From the NCBI GenBank assembly GCA_964458575.1, contig CAYWMD010000009.1, positions 54,647-118,646 of the forward strand: a stretch of 64,000 nt of DNA, given 5' to 3'. This document shows, piece after piece, positions 9,180-18,178 of this stretch (position 1 is the stretch's first letter; the number at the start of each line of letters is the position of its first letter). Source of the stretch: an uncultured Bifidobacteriaceae bacterium. GTDB taxonomy: Bacteria > Verrucomicrobiota > Verrucomicrobiia > Limisphaerales > JADLHS01. The notes below the pieces were generated by a model. The model saw nothing but the letters and a program-made list of their open reading frames with translations, was not told the DNA's origin and searched no databases. A program made the position numbers and the translations under genes.

Positions 9180-11126
9180 ATGGAGGTGCGAATTTCTATC
9201 TGGCCAGCCGGGCATGTAGCGCAGGTTTCCAAACCTGCGTTGCTGGAATCGCTGGTTCTCGGAGCGGCGGTTTCGTTCTGGTTTTCGATGGCGACATTGC
9301 CAGCCGCCGAACCGCCCGTGCGTTACGTGGGCGAGCCACCGCCGGACCTTGCGCGACCCGACGGCGGACTGCGCCCGGTCGTGGGCGCGCAGAACTTTCA
9401 GGTCTTCCGCGCCACGCGCGCCCGGCCCGATCTTTCCGATGGCCGCGGCTGGACGTTCAATCACGCCACGACGCTGACCTGGTGGCAGGGTCGGTTTTAC
9501 CTGGAGTTCATCAATTCGCCGATTGACGAGCACGGCTGGCCGACGCACGCGGTCTTGAGTTCGTCCGTGGACGGGCGTCGCTGGACGAAACCGCGAATTG
9601 TCTTCCCCGCCTGGGAATCGAAGACCGAAACCAAGAACGGCCTGCCGCTGCGCTCGTTGATTCACCAACGCATGGGTTTCTTCAACGCGCCCAACGGCCG
9701 GCTGCTCGTGCTCTCGCACTATGGCATCTGGGACAAACCCTTCGGCGGGCCGGGCCACGTCGTGCGCGAAGTCGGCCCCAGCGGGTCGTTCGGACCGATT
9801 TATTTCCTGCGCTACGGCGAGGGCTGGAATGAGGCGCGGGCGTTTTCCCCATTCTACACGGCGTCGCCGGACAAGGGCTTCGTGGCGGCGTGCGACGCGT
9901 TGCTGGCTGATCCGTTCATCACCGATCAATGGTTTGAAACGCAGTTGGGCTATCCGCCCGCGGCTTACATGAAGATTGCCGGAGAATATGATCCCAAGGA
10001 CCAGCGCAAAGCGCTGTCGTTTTATCGGCGCAAGGATGGCCAGATGGTCGCGCTGTGGAAGAAGGCCTGGTCGGCATTGAGCACCGACGAAGGCAGAACG
10101 TGGAGCACGCCCGTGCAGGCGCCGGGCTTCGCGCGCACGTTTGCCAAGCTCTGGGGACAGCGGACGGAGGACGGCCGGTTCGCCATCGCGTATTGTCCGC
10201 AGGACTCGCCGCCCGGCAACCGCTGGCCGCTGGCGGTGGTCACGAGCGATGACGGATGCACCTTCGACAACATGCTGGTGATTCACGGCGAAGTCCCGCT
10301 GCGCCGGTATCCGGGCCTGGCCAAGGACATCGGCCCGCAATACGTGCGCGGCCTTGAAGGCGGCGAACCGCCGGGCAGCGATCTGTGGTTGACCTACTCG
10401 GTGAACAAGGAAGACATCTGGGTTTCGCGCGTGCCCGTGCCGATCCGGGCCTCGCAGACCGCGCACGTGCACGAGACCTTTGACGACCTGGAAGTCGGCG
10501 GTGTGGTCACCGGTTGGAACATTTACAGCCCGCTGTGGTCATCCGTGGAAGTGGTCGCGTTTCCCAGCCGAAAGAATCACAGTCTGCGCTTGAAGGACGG
10601 CGACCCCTACGATTATGCGCGGGCGGTCAGAGTCTTCCCGGAGAGCAGCAAGGTTTCCGTCTCGTTCAAGTTGCTGGCCGAGCGGACCGAACGGGGAAGG
10701 CTCGACGTGGACCTGTTGGATGCGCGGGGTCACTGTCCGGTGCGCGTGAGTTGGACGGAAACCGGCGCGGTGCAGGCCAACACGGGTCAGGGGCCGCAAG
10801 TGGTGCGCAAGCTGGCGGAGCATCAGGCCGGCCGCTGGGCCACCGCGCACATTGAGCTGGATTGCGGCCGGCAGACATTTTCGTTGTCGCTGAACGGTGC
10901 GCAGGTGCTGGCCGACGCGCCGTTGATCGAGCCGGCCGCCACCGTGGAGCGATTGTCCTTCCGCACCGGCGAAGCCCGCCCGATTTTCAAAGAGCAGGCC
11001 CACATCGCCGGCGGGCCGCCAAATGAAAGCCTTTATTTCACCGGCGCGATCGCGCCGCAAACGGATCGCCCCATTTCGCCCGCCGTGTTTTACCTCGACG
11101 AGGTTCAAACTGTCGGTCAACCCTGA
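9180..11126 (+). CDS. Secreted BNR/sialidase-like beta-propeller protein with a LamG-like C-domain; paralogue of 4676..6637
   Basis: The ATG at 9180 is 3 nt after the previous stop; the track ORF uses the TTG at 9174. It has an N-terminal hydrophobic segment, Asp-box-like motifs SSVDGRRWTKP, STDEGRTWSTP and SDDGCTF, and shares sequence blocks with 4676..6637. Confidence 0.75.
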   Translation: MEVRISIWPAGHVAQVSKPALLESLVLGAAVSFWFSMATLPAAEPPVRYVGEPPPDLARPDGGLRPVVGAQNFQVFRATRARPDLSDGRGWTFNHATTLTWWQGRFYLEFINSPIDEHGWPTHAVLSSSVDGRRWTKPRIVFPAWESKTETKNGLPLRSLIHQRMGFFNAPNGRLLVLSHYGIWDKPFGGPGHVVREVGPSGSFGPIYFLRYGEGWNEARAFSPFYTASPDKGFVAACDALLADPFITDQWFETQLGYPPAAYMKIAGEYDPKDQRKALSFYRRKDGQMVALWKKAWSALSTDEGRTWSTPVQAPGFARTFAKLWGQRTEDGRFAIAYCPQDSPPGNRWPLAVVTSDDGCTFDNMLVIHGEVPLRRYPGLAKDIGPQYVRGLEGGEPPGSDLWLTYSVNKEDIWVSRVPVPIRASQTAHVHETFDDLEVGGVVTGWNIYSPLWSSVEVVAFPSRKNHSLRLKDGDPYDYARAVRVFPESSKVSVSFKLLAERTERGRLDVDLLDARGHCPVRVSWTETGAVQANTGQGPQVVRKLAEHQAGRWATAHIELDCGRQTFSLSLNGAQVLADAPLIEPAATVERLSFRTGEARPIFKEQAHIAGGPPNESLYFTGAIAPQTDRPISPAVFYLDEVQTVGQP

Positions 11127-11155
11127 ACCGGATCAACTCAACACCATTCAATACC

Positions 11156-12031
11156 ATGATCTGCCGCCCCTCCCAACAAGGCCAGCGCCTCGATGTCGCC
11201 GGCCTGAACGAAATCACCGTGCTCGTTGACCGCAGCGAGACGCAACTGACCGAAGTCGGCCTGAACACCTGGCGCAAAGGCTTGGAAGGTCCGCCCCACA
11301 GCCACGACGCCAAGGAACAGATTTTCTACGTGACCGCCGGCGTCGGCGTGGTCGTGGTCGGCAACGCGCGCTACCCGGTGAAGCCCGGCAGTCTCGTTTA
11401 TGTCCCGCCGCGCGTGGTGCATCAAACCATCGTGACGGGCGACGCGCCGTTGACCTATTTCCTGTTCAACGCCTTTCTCGACGCGAGCAAGGAGGGGCAC
11501 GCGTCGTTCGCCGATCACATCGCGAGGGTGAAGGAGATTCGCAAACAACAGGCGGAGTCCCAGCGGTCCAACGTCGCCGGCGCCGCGCCGGGCGGCCTCA
11601 CCGACCGTCCGGGCAAACACGTTGAGAACATTTACGCGGGCCGGTTGTTCGACTTCGGCTCGAACACGACGCGGCTGCTCCTCGAACGCCGCGAAGCCGT
11701 TCGCGCCGAGGTGACCTTGGTGAGCTGGCCCAAGGGAAACAAGGGCGCGATGGTTTCGCACCCGGAAAAGGAGCAGACGTTCTTTGTGCTGGCCGGCCAT
11801 GGGAAAGTCACGGTGGGCGAGGAGACCTGCGACGTGCGCGTGGGCGACGTGGTGTTCGTGCCGTGGCAAGCGCCGCACACCACCGAGGCGGGTGACACGG
11901 AACTGACCTACCTCTGCCTCAACACCCACGTCGTGGAAACCAAGGAGAAATCCTTCGAGGCCATGTACCAGCGTGTCGCGCCGGGCCGCATTGCGCGCTG
12001 GAAAGCCGGCAGCGACACCGTGGGAGAGTGA
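11156..12031 (+). CDS. Bicupin (two cupin_2-type beta-barrels)
   Basis: 291 aa with two cupin halves: PHSHDAKEQIFYVTAGVGVVVVG...YVPPRVVHQ and VSHPEKEQTFFVLAGHGKVTVG...FVPWQAPH. Confidence 0.8.
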   Translation: MICRPSQQGQRLDVAGLNEITVLVDRSETQLTEVGLNTWRKGLEGPPHSHDAKEQIFYVTAGVGVVVVGNARYPVKPGSLVYVPPRVVHQTIVTGDAPLTYFLFNAFLDASKEGHASFADHIARVKEIRKQQAESQRSNVAGAAPGGLTDRPGKHVENIYAGRLFDFGSNTTRLLLERREAVRAEVTLVSWPKGNKGAMVSHPEKEQTFFVLAGHGKVTVGEETCDVRVGDVVFVPWQAPHTTEAGDTELTYLCLNTHVVETKEKSFEAMYQRVAPGRIARWKAGSDTVGE

Positions 12032-12120
12032 TGCCGCTCACCGAGGTTGAAACTCACATGGTGGGCAAACCTGCATCATTGGCGTTTTGGTTCTCGCCGG
12101 TGCTCTTGTGGCTTCCCACG

Positions 12121-12234
12121 GCGCGAAGCTTTTGGAGTGCGGTGGCAAAGCGCAGCGACGACACCGCTTTTGGCTGGCGCGCCCGCCCGCAAAAGCGGCG
12201 TGGCGCTCCGCTTCCCGTCGCAGTCCAAGAGCCG
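12121..12234. repeat. REP/MITE-like long imperfect palindrome between the bicupin and LamG genes
   Basis: The left arm cttttggagtgcggtggcaaagcgcagcgacgacaccgcttttgg matches the reverse complement of the right arm ccgcaaaagcggcgtggcgctccgcttcccgtcgcagtccaagag at roughly three positions in four. A GC-rich ~12-nt centre separates the arms. The track ORF 12028.. reads through it as SAVAKRSDDTAFGWRARPQKRRGAPLPVAVQ. Confidence 0.45.
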
Positions 12235-12243
12235 GCGGTCAGG

Positions 12244-14670
12244 GTGCTCAAACTTTGGATCGGGTTGTGGCTGGTGGCGGCTTTCATCGGCAGTGCCGGC
12301 GCGAACACCGTCGCCCTCTGGCTGTTCGACGAGCCGGAGGGGCTTTACCCCAGTTCAACCCTCAACGACGCGACGGGCAACGGCCTCGTGCTGGCCCTGG
12401 GTCGCGGCGGTCACATCGTTGCGGGCCGCTTCGGCCGCGCCCTTGAACCCATGGAACCGGCCGCGTTAAAAATCACCGGCACGGTGGATGAACCGGAATT
12501 CGGTTTGGAAACCCGGCGCCCGCCCGCCGGCCGCACCGTCGCGCCGATGAACTGGATGAACGCGCACTTCTGCGCCCTGATGACCCGCGGCGAGCGGCAT
12601 CTCCGTTCCCCTGGTTTTGTCAATCCCACGCAAACGAAGCTCAACCTTGGGGCGTTCGATTGGACGGTGGAATTCTGGTATTTGCCGACCGGGTTGGGTG
12701 ACCCGGATGGCGTGGTGTTTGAAATTGGATCGGGCCCGCGCGGCGAGAATGATCTCGTCACGCGACTCTCTTTAAACACGGATCGCGCCGCGTTCACACT
12801 GGAGAATCAGCCTGGCGCTGCGAAACTTGTCATCCCGGCCAGCCGCGAAGCGTTGGCCGAAGGCTGGCATCATCTGGCGTTTGTTTATTCGGCGGGCGAA
12901 CGACAGTTGCGGCATTACGTGGATGGCGCCCGGCAACCGCTCCCCGAAAAAGCCGCGCTCCAATTGCTGCCGCCCGGCGATGAGGCCTACTTCAGCATTG
13001 GCCGTGACGGACTTTGGAAACGGCCCTTGCCCGGCCGCCTGGATGAGCTTCGTTTTTCGGATCACCAGGTTTATTCCGCGCCGTTCCAACCGCCGGGAAG
13101 TTTTTCCGTCACCTACGGCAAGGGTTTGCCGAGAGTGGCGCTCAAAGCCGGCCCGCCCTTGCTTTTTGGGACGAACGAGAACCGGACGAAGCCGGTTGAA
13201 CTCGGCTCGCGCAAACACCTGTTCATGGACGATGCGCTGGTGGCGGAAATGAACGGCATCACGTTCACGCCGCAACCGCCGCGCAAGGCCGAGCAGGTTT
13301 TGGATCACGTCCGCGGCCATCTCTCGCTGGTGGAAGATGAGCAGGGCTTGCTTCGCCTCTACTATCAAGGGCCGGAAGATCATCTGGCAGTCATGACTTC
13401 GCACGACGGGATTCACTGGGAAAAACCCGACCTGGGTCGCGGTGAATTTCAAGGCGAGCGCAACATCGTGCTCCCCAAGCCGACGTCGCTGGGCAACGTC
13501 TTCATTGATCCGAACGCGCCGCCGGAAAGCCGCTGGAAATACGTCAGTGACATCCGCAAGCAGGCGATTTTTGTGTTCGGCTCGGCGGACGGCTGGTCGT
13601 TTCAACCATTTGAGGTCGCCGCGCTCCCATTTCCCTCCGGCTCGCAATCCATCGTTTACTATGACGACCAACGCCAAGTTTACGTGGGGCATCATCGTTC
13701 GGGCTACCACGAAACTCCCGGTGGCCAGACGGAAAGGACCGCAGTGCTTTCGCAAACGACGAACCTGCTTGGACTCTGGCCGTGGACGCGCGTCACTCCT
13801 GAGATGACGGCGGAAGCGGCCAAACGCGAACGAATCAAAGCCGATCAGTTGAACCCGTGGTTTCTCGACAATGGACCGCTCGCGCCCGCTGGTTTCAGTC
13901 TTGAGCTGCCAACGGTGTATGGCCCCGATGAAAAACTCGATCCCGCAGGCACGGACATTTACGTGACCAAGGTCGAGAAGTATCGCTGGGCGCCGGACAC
14001 GTATCTCGCCTTTCCCACGGTGTATTGTCATTACCACGGTGACGGCCCGCCTGAGCGGCAAATTCTGGGCAGCCCGGCGCGCAACTGCGGCTCGGGCGTC
14101 ACCGAAGTGCAGCTCGCCGTCAGCCGCGACGGGCTGGGTTGGAAACATTATCCGCAGCCGGCCTATGTCCCCATCGGCAGTTTCGGCAGCAACGATGTCC
14201 ACATGTATTTCCTCACGCATGGTATGATCCGGCGCGGCAATCAAATCTGGCAATACGTCGGCGGCCACGCTGGCAACGGCATCGGATATCATTCGGCTTG
14301 GGGGCAGAAAGGTCCGTGGCCGCTCATCCGGCTGGTGCAACGACTGGACGGCTTTGTCGCGGCGGAGGCGGCTTACACCGGCGGCATGCTCAAGACGCGA
14401 CCGCTGAAGTTTCAAGGCAACCGGCTCAAGCTGAACCTTGACACAGGTGCCGTGGGTTACGCGCAGGTCGGTTTGCTTGACGAGAACGGCAAGCTCATTC
14501 CCGGCTTTTCCGTGGATGAGTGCATTTACCTCAACGGCGATTTCATTGACACGCCGGTCGAATGGATGAAACGCGGAACCGACGTGTCGTCCCTCGAAGG
14601 CCGGACCGTGCAAGTCGTCTTTCGCATGAGGGGAACGAAACTTCACGCAATGCAATTTGCCCATGAATAG
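12244..14670 (+). CDS. Secreted LamG-domain protein with a C-terminal beta-propeller plus beta-sandwich module (putative glycoside hydrolase, GH32/GH43-like architecture)
   Basis: The GTG at 12244 gives a signal peptide, MLKLWIGLWLVAAFIGSAGA. The longer track ORF start at 12028 reads through the palindromic repeat. LamG blocks are WTVEFWY, WHHLAFVY and GRLDELRFS. They are followed by HLFMDDALVAEM..., YRWAPDTYLAFP, GMIRRGNQIWQYVGG and RLDGFVAAEA...VFRMRGTKLHAMQF. The family assignment is unverified. Confidence 0.72.
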   Translation: MLKLWIGLWLVAAFIGSAGANTVALWLFDEPEGLYPSSTLNDATGNGLVLALGRGGHIVAGRFGRALEPMEPAALKITGTVDEPEFGLETRRPPAGRTVAPMNWMNAHFCALMTRGERHLRSPGFVNPTQTKLNLGAFDWTVEFWYLPTGLGDPDGVVFEIGSGPRGENDLVTRLSLNTDRAAFTLENQPGAAKLVIPASREALAEGWHHLAFVYSAGERQLRHYVDGARQPLPEKAALQLLPPGDEAYFSIGRDGLWKRPLPGRLDELRFSDHQVYSAPFQPPGSFSVTYGKGLPRVALKAGPPLLFGTNENRTKPVELGSRKHLFMDDALVAEMNGITFTPQPPRKAEQVLDHVRGHLSLVEDEQGLLRLYYQGPEDHLAVMTSHDGIHWEKPDLGRGEFQGERNIVLPKPTSLGNVFIDPNAPPESRWKYVSDIRKQAIFVFGSADGWSFQPFEVAALPFPSGSQSIVYYDDQRQVYVGHHRSGYHETPGGQTERTAVLSQTTNLLGLWPWTRVTPEMTAEAAKRERIKADQLNPWFLDNGPLAPAGFSLELPTVYGPDEKLDPAGTDIYVTKVEKYRWAPDTYLAFPTVYCHYHGDGPPERQILGSPARNCGSGVTEVQLAVSRDGLGWKHYPQPAYVPIGSFGSNDVHMYFLTHGMIRRGNQIWQYVGGHAGNGIGYHSAWGQKGPWPLIRLVQRLDGFVAAEAAYTGGMLKTRPLKFQGNRLKLNLDTGAVGYAQVGLLDENGKLIPGFSVDECIYLNGDFIDTPVEWMKRGTDVSSLEGRTVQVVFRMRGTKLHAMQFAHE

Positions 14671-14715
14671 ACGCGACCGAAATCCGACCTTTTGCCATTG
14701 GGCCGCCCTTCGACG

Positions 14716-14743
14716 TTGGATGTTGGATGTTGGATGTTGGATG
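14716..14743. repeat. Heptamer microsatellite (TTGGATG)x4 at the 5-prime end of the second LamG paralogue
   Basis: The sequence is cgacg-ttggatg-ttggatg-ttggatg-ttggatg-tttgcc. It belongs to the same word family (aacatcc/aacattc on the other strand) seen at ~42215-42240 and ~46240-46278. Confidence 0.85.
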
Positions 14744-17164
14744 TTTGCCATCATGGGCCTGCTGCTCTCGGCGGCCATCGCCGCAAACGCCCGCGCGGAC
14801 ACCGTCGCCCTCTGGCTGTTTGACGAGCCGGAGGGCCTCTATCCCAGTTCGAACTTGAACGACGCGAGCGGTCACAATTTGTTCCTCGCTTTTGGCCGCG
14901 GCGCGCGCATCGTCGAAGGCCATTTTGGGCGCGCGCTTGAACCGGCTGAACCGGCGTTGTTGAAACTCTCGGACGTGTCGTTGAACCCCGAGTTCGGTTT
15001 GCTGCCGGTCGGAAAACCCGCCGGCCGCAAAACCGAACCGATGACCTGGATGAACGCGCATTTCTGCGTGCTCATGACCAGGGGCGAAACGGCGTTGCGG
15101 AAGCCGCCGTTCGCCAATGCCACCGACACCAAACTCAATCTCGGGAACTTTGATTGGACCGTGGAATTCTGGTTCTGCGCAACGGAATCAGGCAAAGGCG
15201 AGGGCGTCGTTTTCGAAATTGGCGAAGGGCCGCGCGACGAAAACGAGCACGTTACGCGGCTTTCATTGAACGCGGATCGCCGGGGTTTTACGCTGTTCAA
15301 CCAACCGAGCGGCGCAAGGTTGACGATTCCTTCCGATGCCGCGTCGTTGTCGAAAGGTTGGCATCATCTGGCGTTCGTGTACGCGGCCAACGAACAGCAG
15401 TTGCGTCACTATGTGGACGGCGCGCTTCAGCCACCGCCCGCCAAAGCAGCGCTTAAGGCATTGCCGCACGGGGAGGAAGCCTATTTCAGCATTGGCCGCG
15501 ACGGTTTGTGGAATCGGCCGCTCCCCGGACGCCTGGATGAACTCCGCTTCTCGGATCACCAGGTTTACACCGCCAACTTCCAACCGCCGGGAAGTTTTTC
15601 TGTGACCTACGGCAAGGGGTTGCCAAAGTTGGCGCTCAAGGCCGGCCCGCCGTTGCTCTTCGGGACGAACGACGACAAGACCAAGCCGGTGGAACTTGGC
15701 TCGCGCAAATACGTCTTCATAGACGACGCGCTGGTCGCGGAAATGAAGGACATCACGTTCAAGCCGCAACCGCCGCAGAAAGCCGAGCCGGTGCTGGATC
15801 ACATTCGCGGCCATCTCTCGTTGGTCGAGGACGAACAGAAGTTGGTGCGGCTCTACTATCGCGAAGAGGGCGATTATCTCGCGGTGATGACCTCGCGGGA
15901 TGGAATTCACTGGGAGAAACCGGACCTGGGTCGCGGCGAATTCCAGGGCCTGCGCAACGTCGTTGTCCGTTACCCGGTCGCGCTGGGCAACGTGTTCATT
16001 GACCCGAATGCGCCGCCGGAGAGCCGGTGGAAATATTTCAGCGGCATCCGCAAGCAGGCGATGTTCATCTTCACGTCGCCGGACGGATGGGAGTTCAAGC
16101 CATTTGAAACCGCTGCTTTGCCGTTTTCGGCTGGGTCGCAGTCGGTCATTTATTACGATGATCAACGCCAACTCTACGTCGGACACCATCGTTCCGACTA
16201 TGCGCGAATGCCGGGCGGCAAGACGCAGCGGAGATTTGTGCGATCCGAAACCAAAGACGTGCTGGGCGTCTGGCCGTGGGAACGCATCCCACCCGGGCGC
16301 ACAGCGGAAATAGCGCGGGCACACGGCCTCCGGCCGGACAAACTCGATCCGTGGTTTTTGGACAACGGCCCGCTAATGCCGTCCGGCCCGGGCATTGAAT
16401 TGCCAACGGTGTTCGGGCCAGATGAGAAGCTTGATCCTGAAGGCACAGACATTTACACGACCAAGGTCGTGAAGTATCCGTGGGCACCGGATACCTATCT
16501 CGCCTTTCCCGCGGTGTATTTTCATTACGACGCCGACGGTCCGCCCGAGCGGTTGGAGTTGGGCGACGAACGACGTGGCCGCGGCTCGGGCGTGACCGAA
16601 GTGCAACTTGCCACGAGTCGCGATGGACTCACATGGAAGCGTTATCCGCGTCCGGCCTACGTGCCTATTGGCAGCTTTGGCAGCAACGACGTCCACATGT
16701 ATTTCCTCACGCACGGCATGATTCGCCGAGGCAACCAAGTCTGGCAATACGTCGGCGGCCACGACGGCAACGGCGTCGCGTATCATTCCGCCTGGGGCAA
16801 GAAAGGTCCTTGGCCGCTCATTCGCCTGGTGCAACGACTGGATGGCTTCGTCGCGGCGGAAGCCGCCTACACCGGAGGCTCTCTCACAACGCACCCGCTC
16901 AAATTCACCGGCAACCGGCTCAAGCTGAACATTGACACCGGCGCGGTCGGTTACGCACAGGTTGGTTTCCTCGATGAAAACGGCAAACCCATCCCCGGCT
17001 TTTCCGTGGATGAGTGCATTTACCTCAACGGCGATTTCATTGACACACCGGGGGAGTGGATGAAGCGCGGAACCGACGTGTCCTCCCTCCAAGGCCGGAC
17101 CGTGCAGGTCGTTTTGCGCATGAGGGGAACAAAACTCTACGCCCTGCAGTTCAGCAACCAGTAG
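14741..17164 (+). CDS. Secreted LamG-domain protein with a hydrolase-like beta-propeller/beta-sandwich module; tandem paralogue of 12244..14670
   Basis: The ATG at 14741 gives MFAIMGLLLSAAIAANARA. An in-frame ATG at 14720 or the TTG at 14657 are also possible starts. It is collinear with the upstream paralogue along its whole length through shared blocks DTVALWLFDEPEGLYPSS, WTVEFWF, WHHLAFVY, GRLDELRFSDHQVY, YPWAPDTYLAFP and RLDGFVAAEAAYTGG. Confidence 0.72.
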   Translation: MFAIMGLLLSAAIAANARADTVALWLFDEPEGLYPSSNLNDASGHNLFLAFGRGARIVEGHFGRALEPAEPALLKLSDVSLNPEFGLLPVGKPAGRKTEPMTWMNAHFCVLMTRGETALRKPPFANATDTKLNLGNFDWTVEFWFCATESGKGEGVVFEIGEGPRDENEHVTRLSLNADRRGFTLFNQPSGARLTIPSDAASLSKGWHHLAFVYAANEQQLRHYVDGALQPPPAKAALKALPHGEEAYFSIGRDGLWNRPLPGRLDELRFSDHQVYTANFQPPGSFSVTYGKGLPKLALKAGPPLLFGTNDDKTKPVELGSRKYVFIDDALVAEMKDITFKPQPPQKAEPVLDHIRGHLSLVEDEQKLVRLYYREEGDYLAVMTSRDGIHWEKPDLGRGEFQGLRNVVVRYPVALGNVFIDPNAPPESRWKYFSGIRKQAMFIFTSPDGWEFKPFETAALPFSAGSQSVIYYDDQRQLYVGHHRSDYARMPGGKTQRRFVRSETKDVLGVWPWERIPPGRTAEIARAHGLRPDKLDPWFLDNGPLMPSGPGIELPTVFGPDEKLDPEGTDIYTTKVVKYPWAPDTYLAFPAVYFHYDADGPPERLELGDERRGRGSGVTEVQLATSRDGLTWKRYPRPAYVPIGSFGSNDVHMYFLTHGMIRRGNQVWQYVGGHDGNGVAYHSAWGKKGPWPLIRLVQRLDGFVAAEAAYTGGSLTTHPLKFTGNRLKLNIDTGAVGYAQVGFLDENGKPIPGFSVDECIYLNGDFIDTPGEWMKRGTDVSSLQGRTVQVVLRMRGTKLYALQFSNQ

Positions 17165-17173
17165 GCAGGCCCT

Positions 17174-18160
17174 TCACCAACGCATGCGGCGCTTCGTATG
17201 CTTGCGGCCTATTTCGGCCGCCTCAGGGTAACCGCCGGCGCAGATCATGATCCCGGCGTTGAGTTGTTCGACGACATTTTCGGGGCGCACGTTGTCGAGG
17301 ATGTAAACCTTCGCGTCCTTGCTCGCGCGGATCACGAGGTCCGCCGCGGCTTTGAGCGATGACGGCTCGATAACTCCGGGCTTGCGGCCGTAATCGAACG
17401 CGACATCGAGAAAGCCGCTGGAATAGCACGTGTCACGCGGTCCCCATTCGGCAAAGGCCACTCCCGGCACGCGCACGATTTTTTCCGTGTTGGGCCGCCC
17501 GACATGGTCCTCGATTTTCACCCCGAGGAGCAATTCGCCTTTCGGATTGAGCGGCCAGGCATCAGCAATCTCGTAATATTTTTTGGCCTTCACGCCCCAA
17601 ATTTCGGACGCGAACTTGTGCGCGCCAAACATGCGAAGTCCTTCCGGCAAACCCGCGCCGACCCCCTGCCGGTGGATTTCGTATCGCGAAGCCGCGACGA
17701 ATGCCGCGACCGCCTTCGGATTGCGCGCATGGCACAGATGCAACCCGTGGATGCCGCAAGCAAGCGCCTGCTGGATCATCCAGTGATTGGCGGTGACAGT
17801 GGTGGCATCGAGCCCGTAAAGCGGCAAAGTGACAATCACCGCCGGTGTGCGATGACCGCTGGGGGTTGGTCCGCCATCGGCCAGACCCTGCATGAACGCC
17901 CGCAACTGGGTGAAGTCCATCGCCTCACCTTCCATGTCGTACATCAGGATGTCGGCCCAGGTTTTGGCGGCGGCCTTGCCTTTCTCGTAGCCGCCCGCGC
18001 CGTAGTCGTAGTAAACCGGCTGGCCCGATTCGAGCAGTTCGATGGCTTTGTTGACGCGCTTGGGCTGGTAGGCGGAAGCCTCACCCTTCGGCGGGTCGGC
18101 GGCAAAAGCGGTTGTGACGAAACAGAGGGCGGCGAGGAGGGTGAGCAATCGTTGTTTCAT
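17174..18160 (-). CDS. HpcH/HpaI aldolase / citrate-lyase-beta family protein with an apparent signal peptide
   Basis: The ATG at 18160 gives MKQRLLTLLAALCFVTTAFAADPP. The body is collinear with the HpcH/HpaI TIM-barrel family (blocks VIVTLPLYG, IHGLHLCHA, LLLGVKIED, GVAFAEWGPRD). It starts 19 nt after the stop of the beta-helix gene. Confidence 0.7.
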   Translation of the reverse strand: MKQRLLTLLAALCFVTTAFAADPPKGEASAYQPKRVNKAIELLESGQPVYYDYGAGGYEKGKAAAKTWADILMYDMEGEAMDFTQLRAFMQGLADGGPTPSGHRTPAVIVTLPLYGLDATTVTANHWMIQQALACGIHGLHLCHARNPKAVAAFVAASRYEIHRQGVGAGLPEGLRMFGAHKFASEIWGVKAKKYYEIADAWPLNPKGELLLGVKIEDHVGRPNTEKIVRVPGVAFAEWGPRDTCYSSGFLDVAFDYGRKPGVIEPSSLKAAADLVIRASKDAKVYILDNVRPENVVEQLNAGIMICAGGYPEAAEIGRKHTKRRMRW

Positions 18161-18178
18161 AAGGCACGGATACATCCA

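Noticed and set aside
14716-14743. The (TTGGATG)x4 heptamer at the 5-prime end of the LamG paralogue as a phase-variation switch.
   Set aside because: Each unit carries an ATG, and the 3-prime-most ATG (14741) directly abuts the unique signal-peptide codons. Gain or loss of units would therefore change only an optional N-terminal extension and would not break the frame. Four copies is also a short tract.
12772-14802. Very long ORFs antisense to well-supported genes. Examples are 12772..14802(-) at 676 aa and 25515..28319(-) at 934 aa. Others are 5489..6643(-), 7393..8670(-), 9144..10472(-), 3089..4192(+), 15263..16324(-), 17504..18610(+), 22815..23816(-), 34865..35857(+) and 50691..51920(+).
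   Set aside because: These are shadow ORFs, which are typical of high-GC DNA. Their translations are Arg/Ala/Gly/Pro-rich with no recognisable motifs. In each case the opposite strand encodes a protein with clear family signatures, signal peptides and paralogues.
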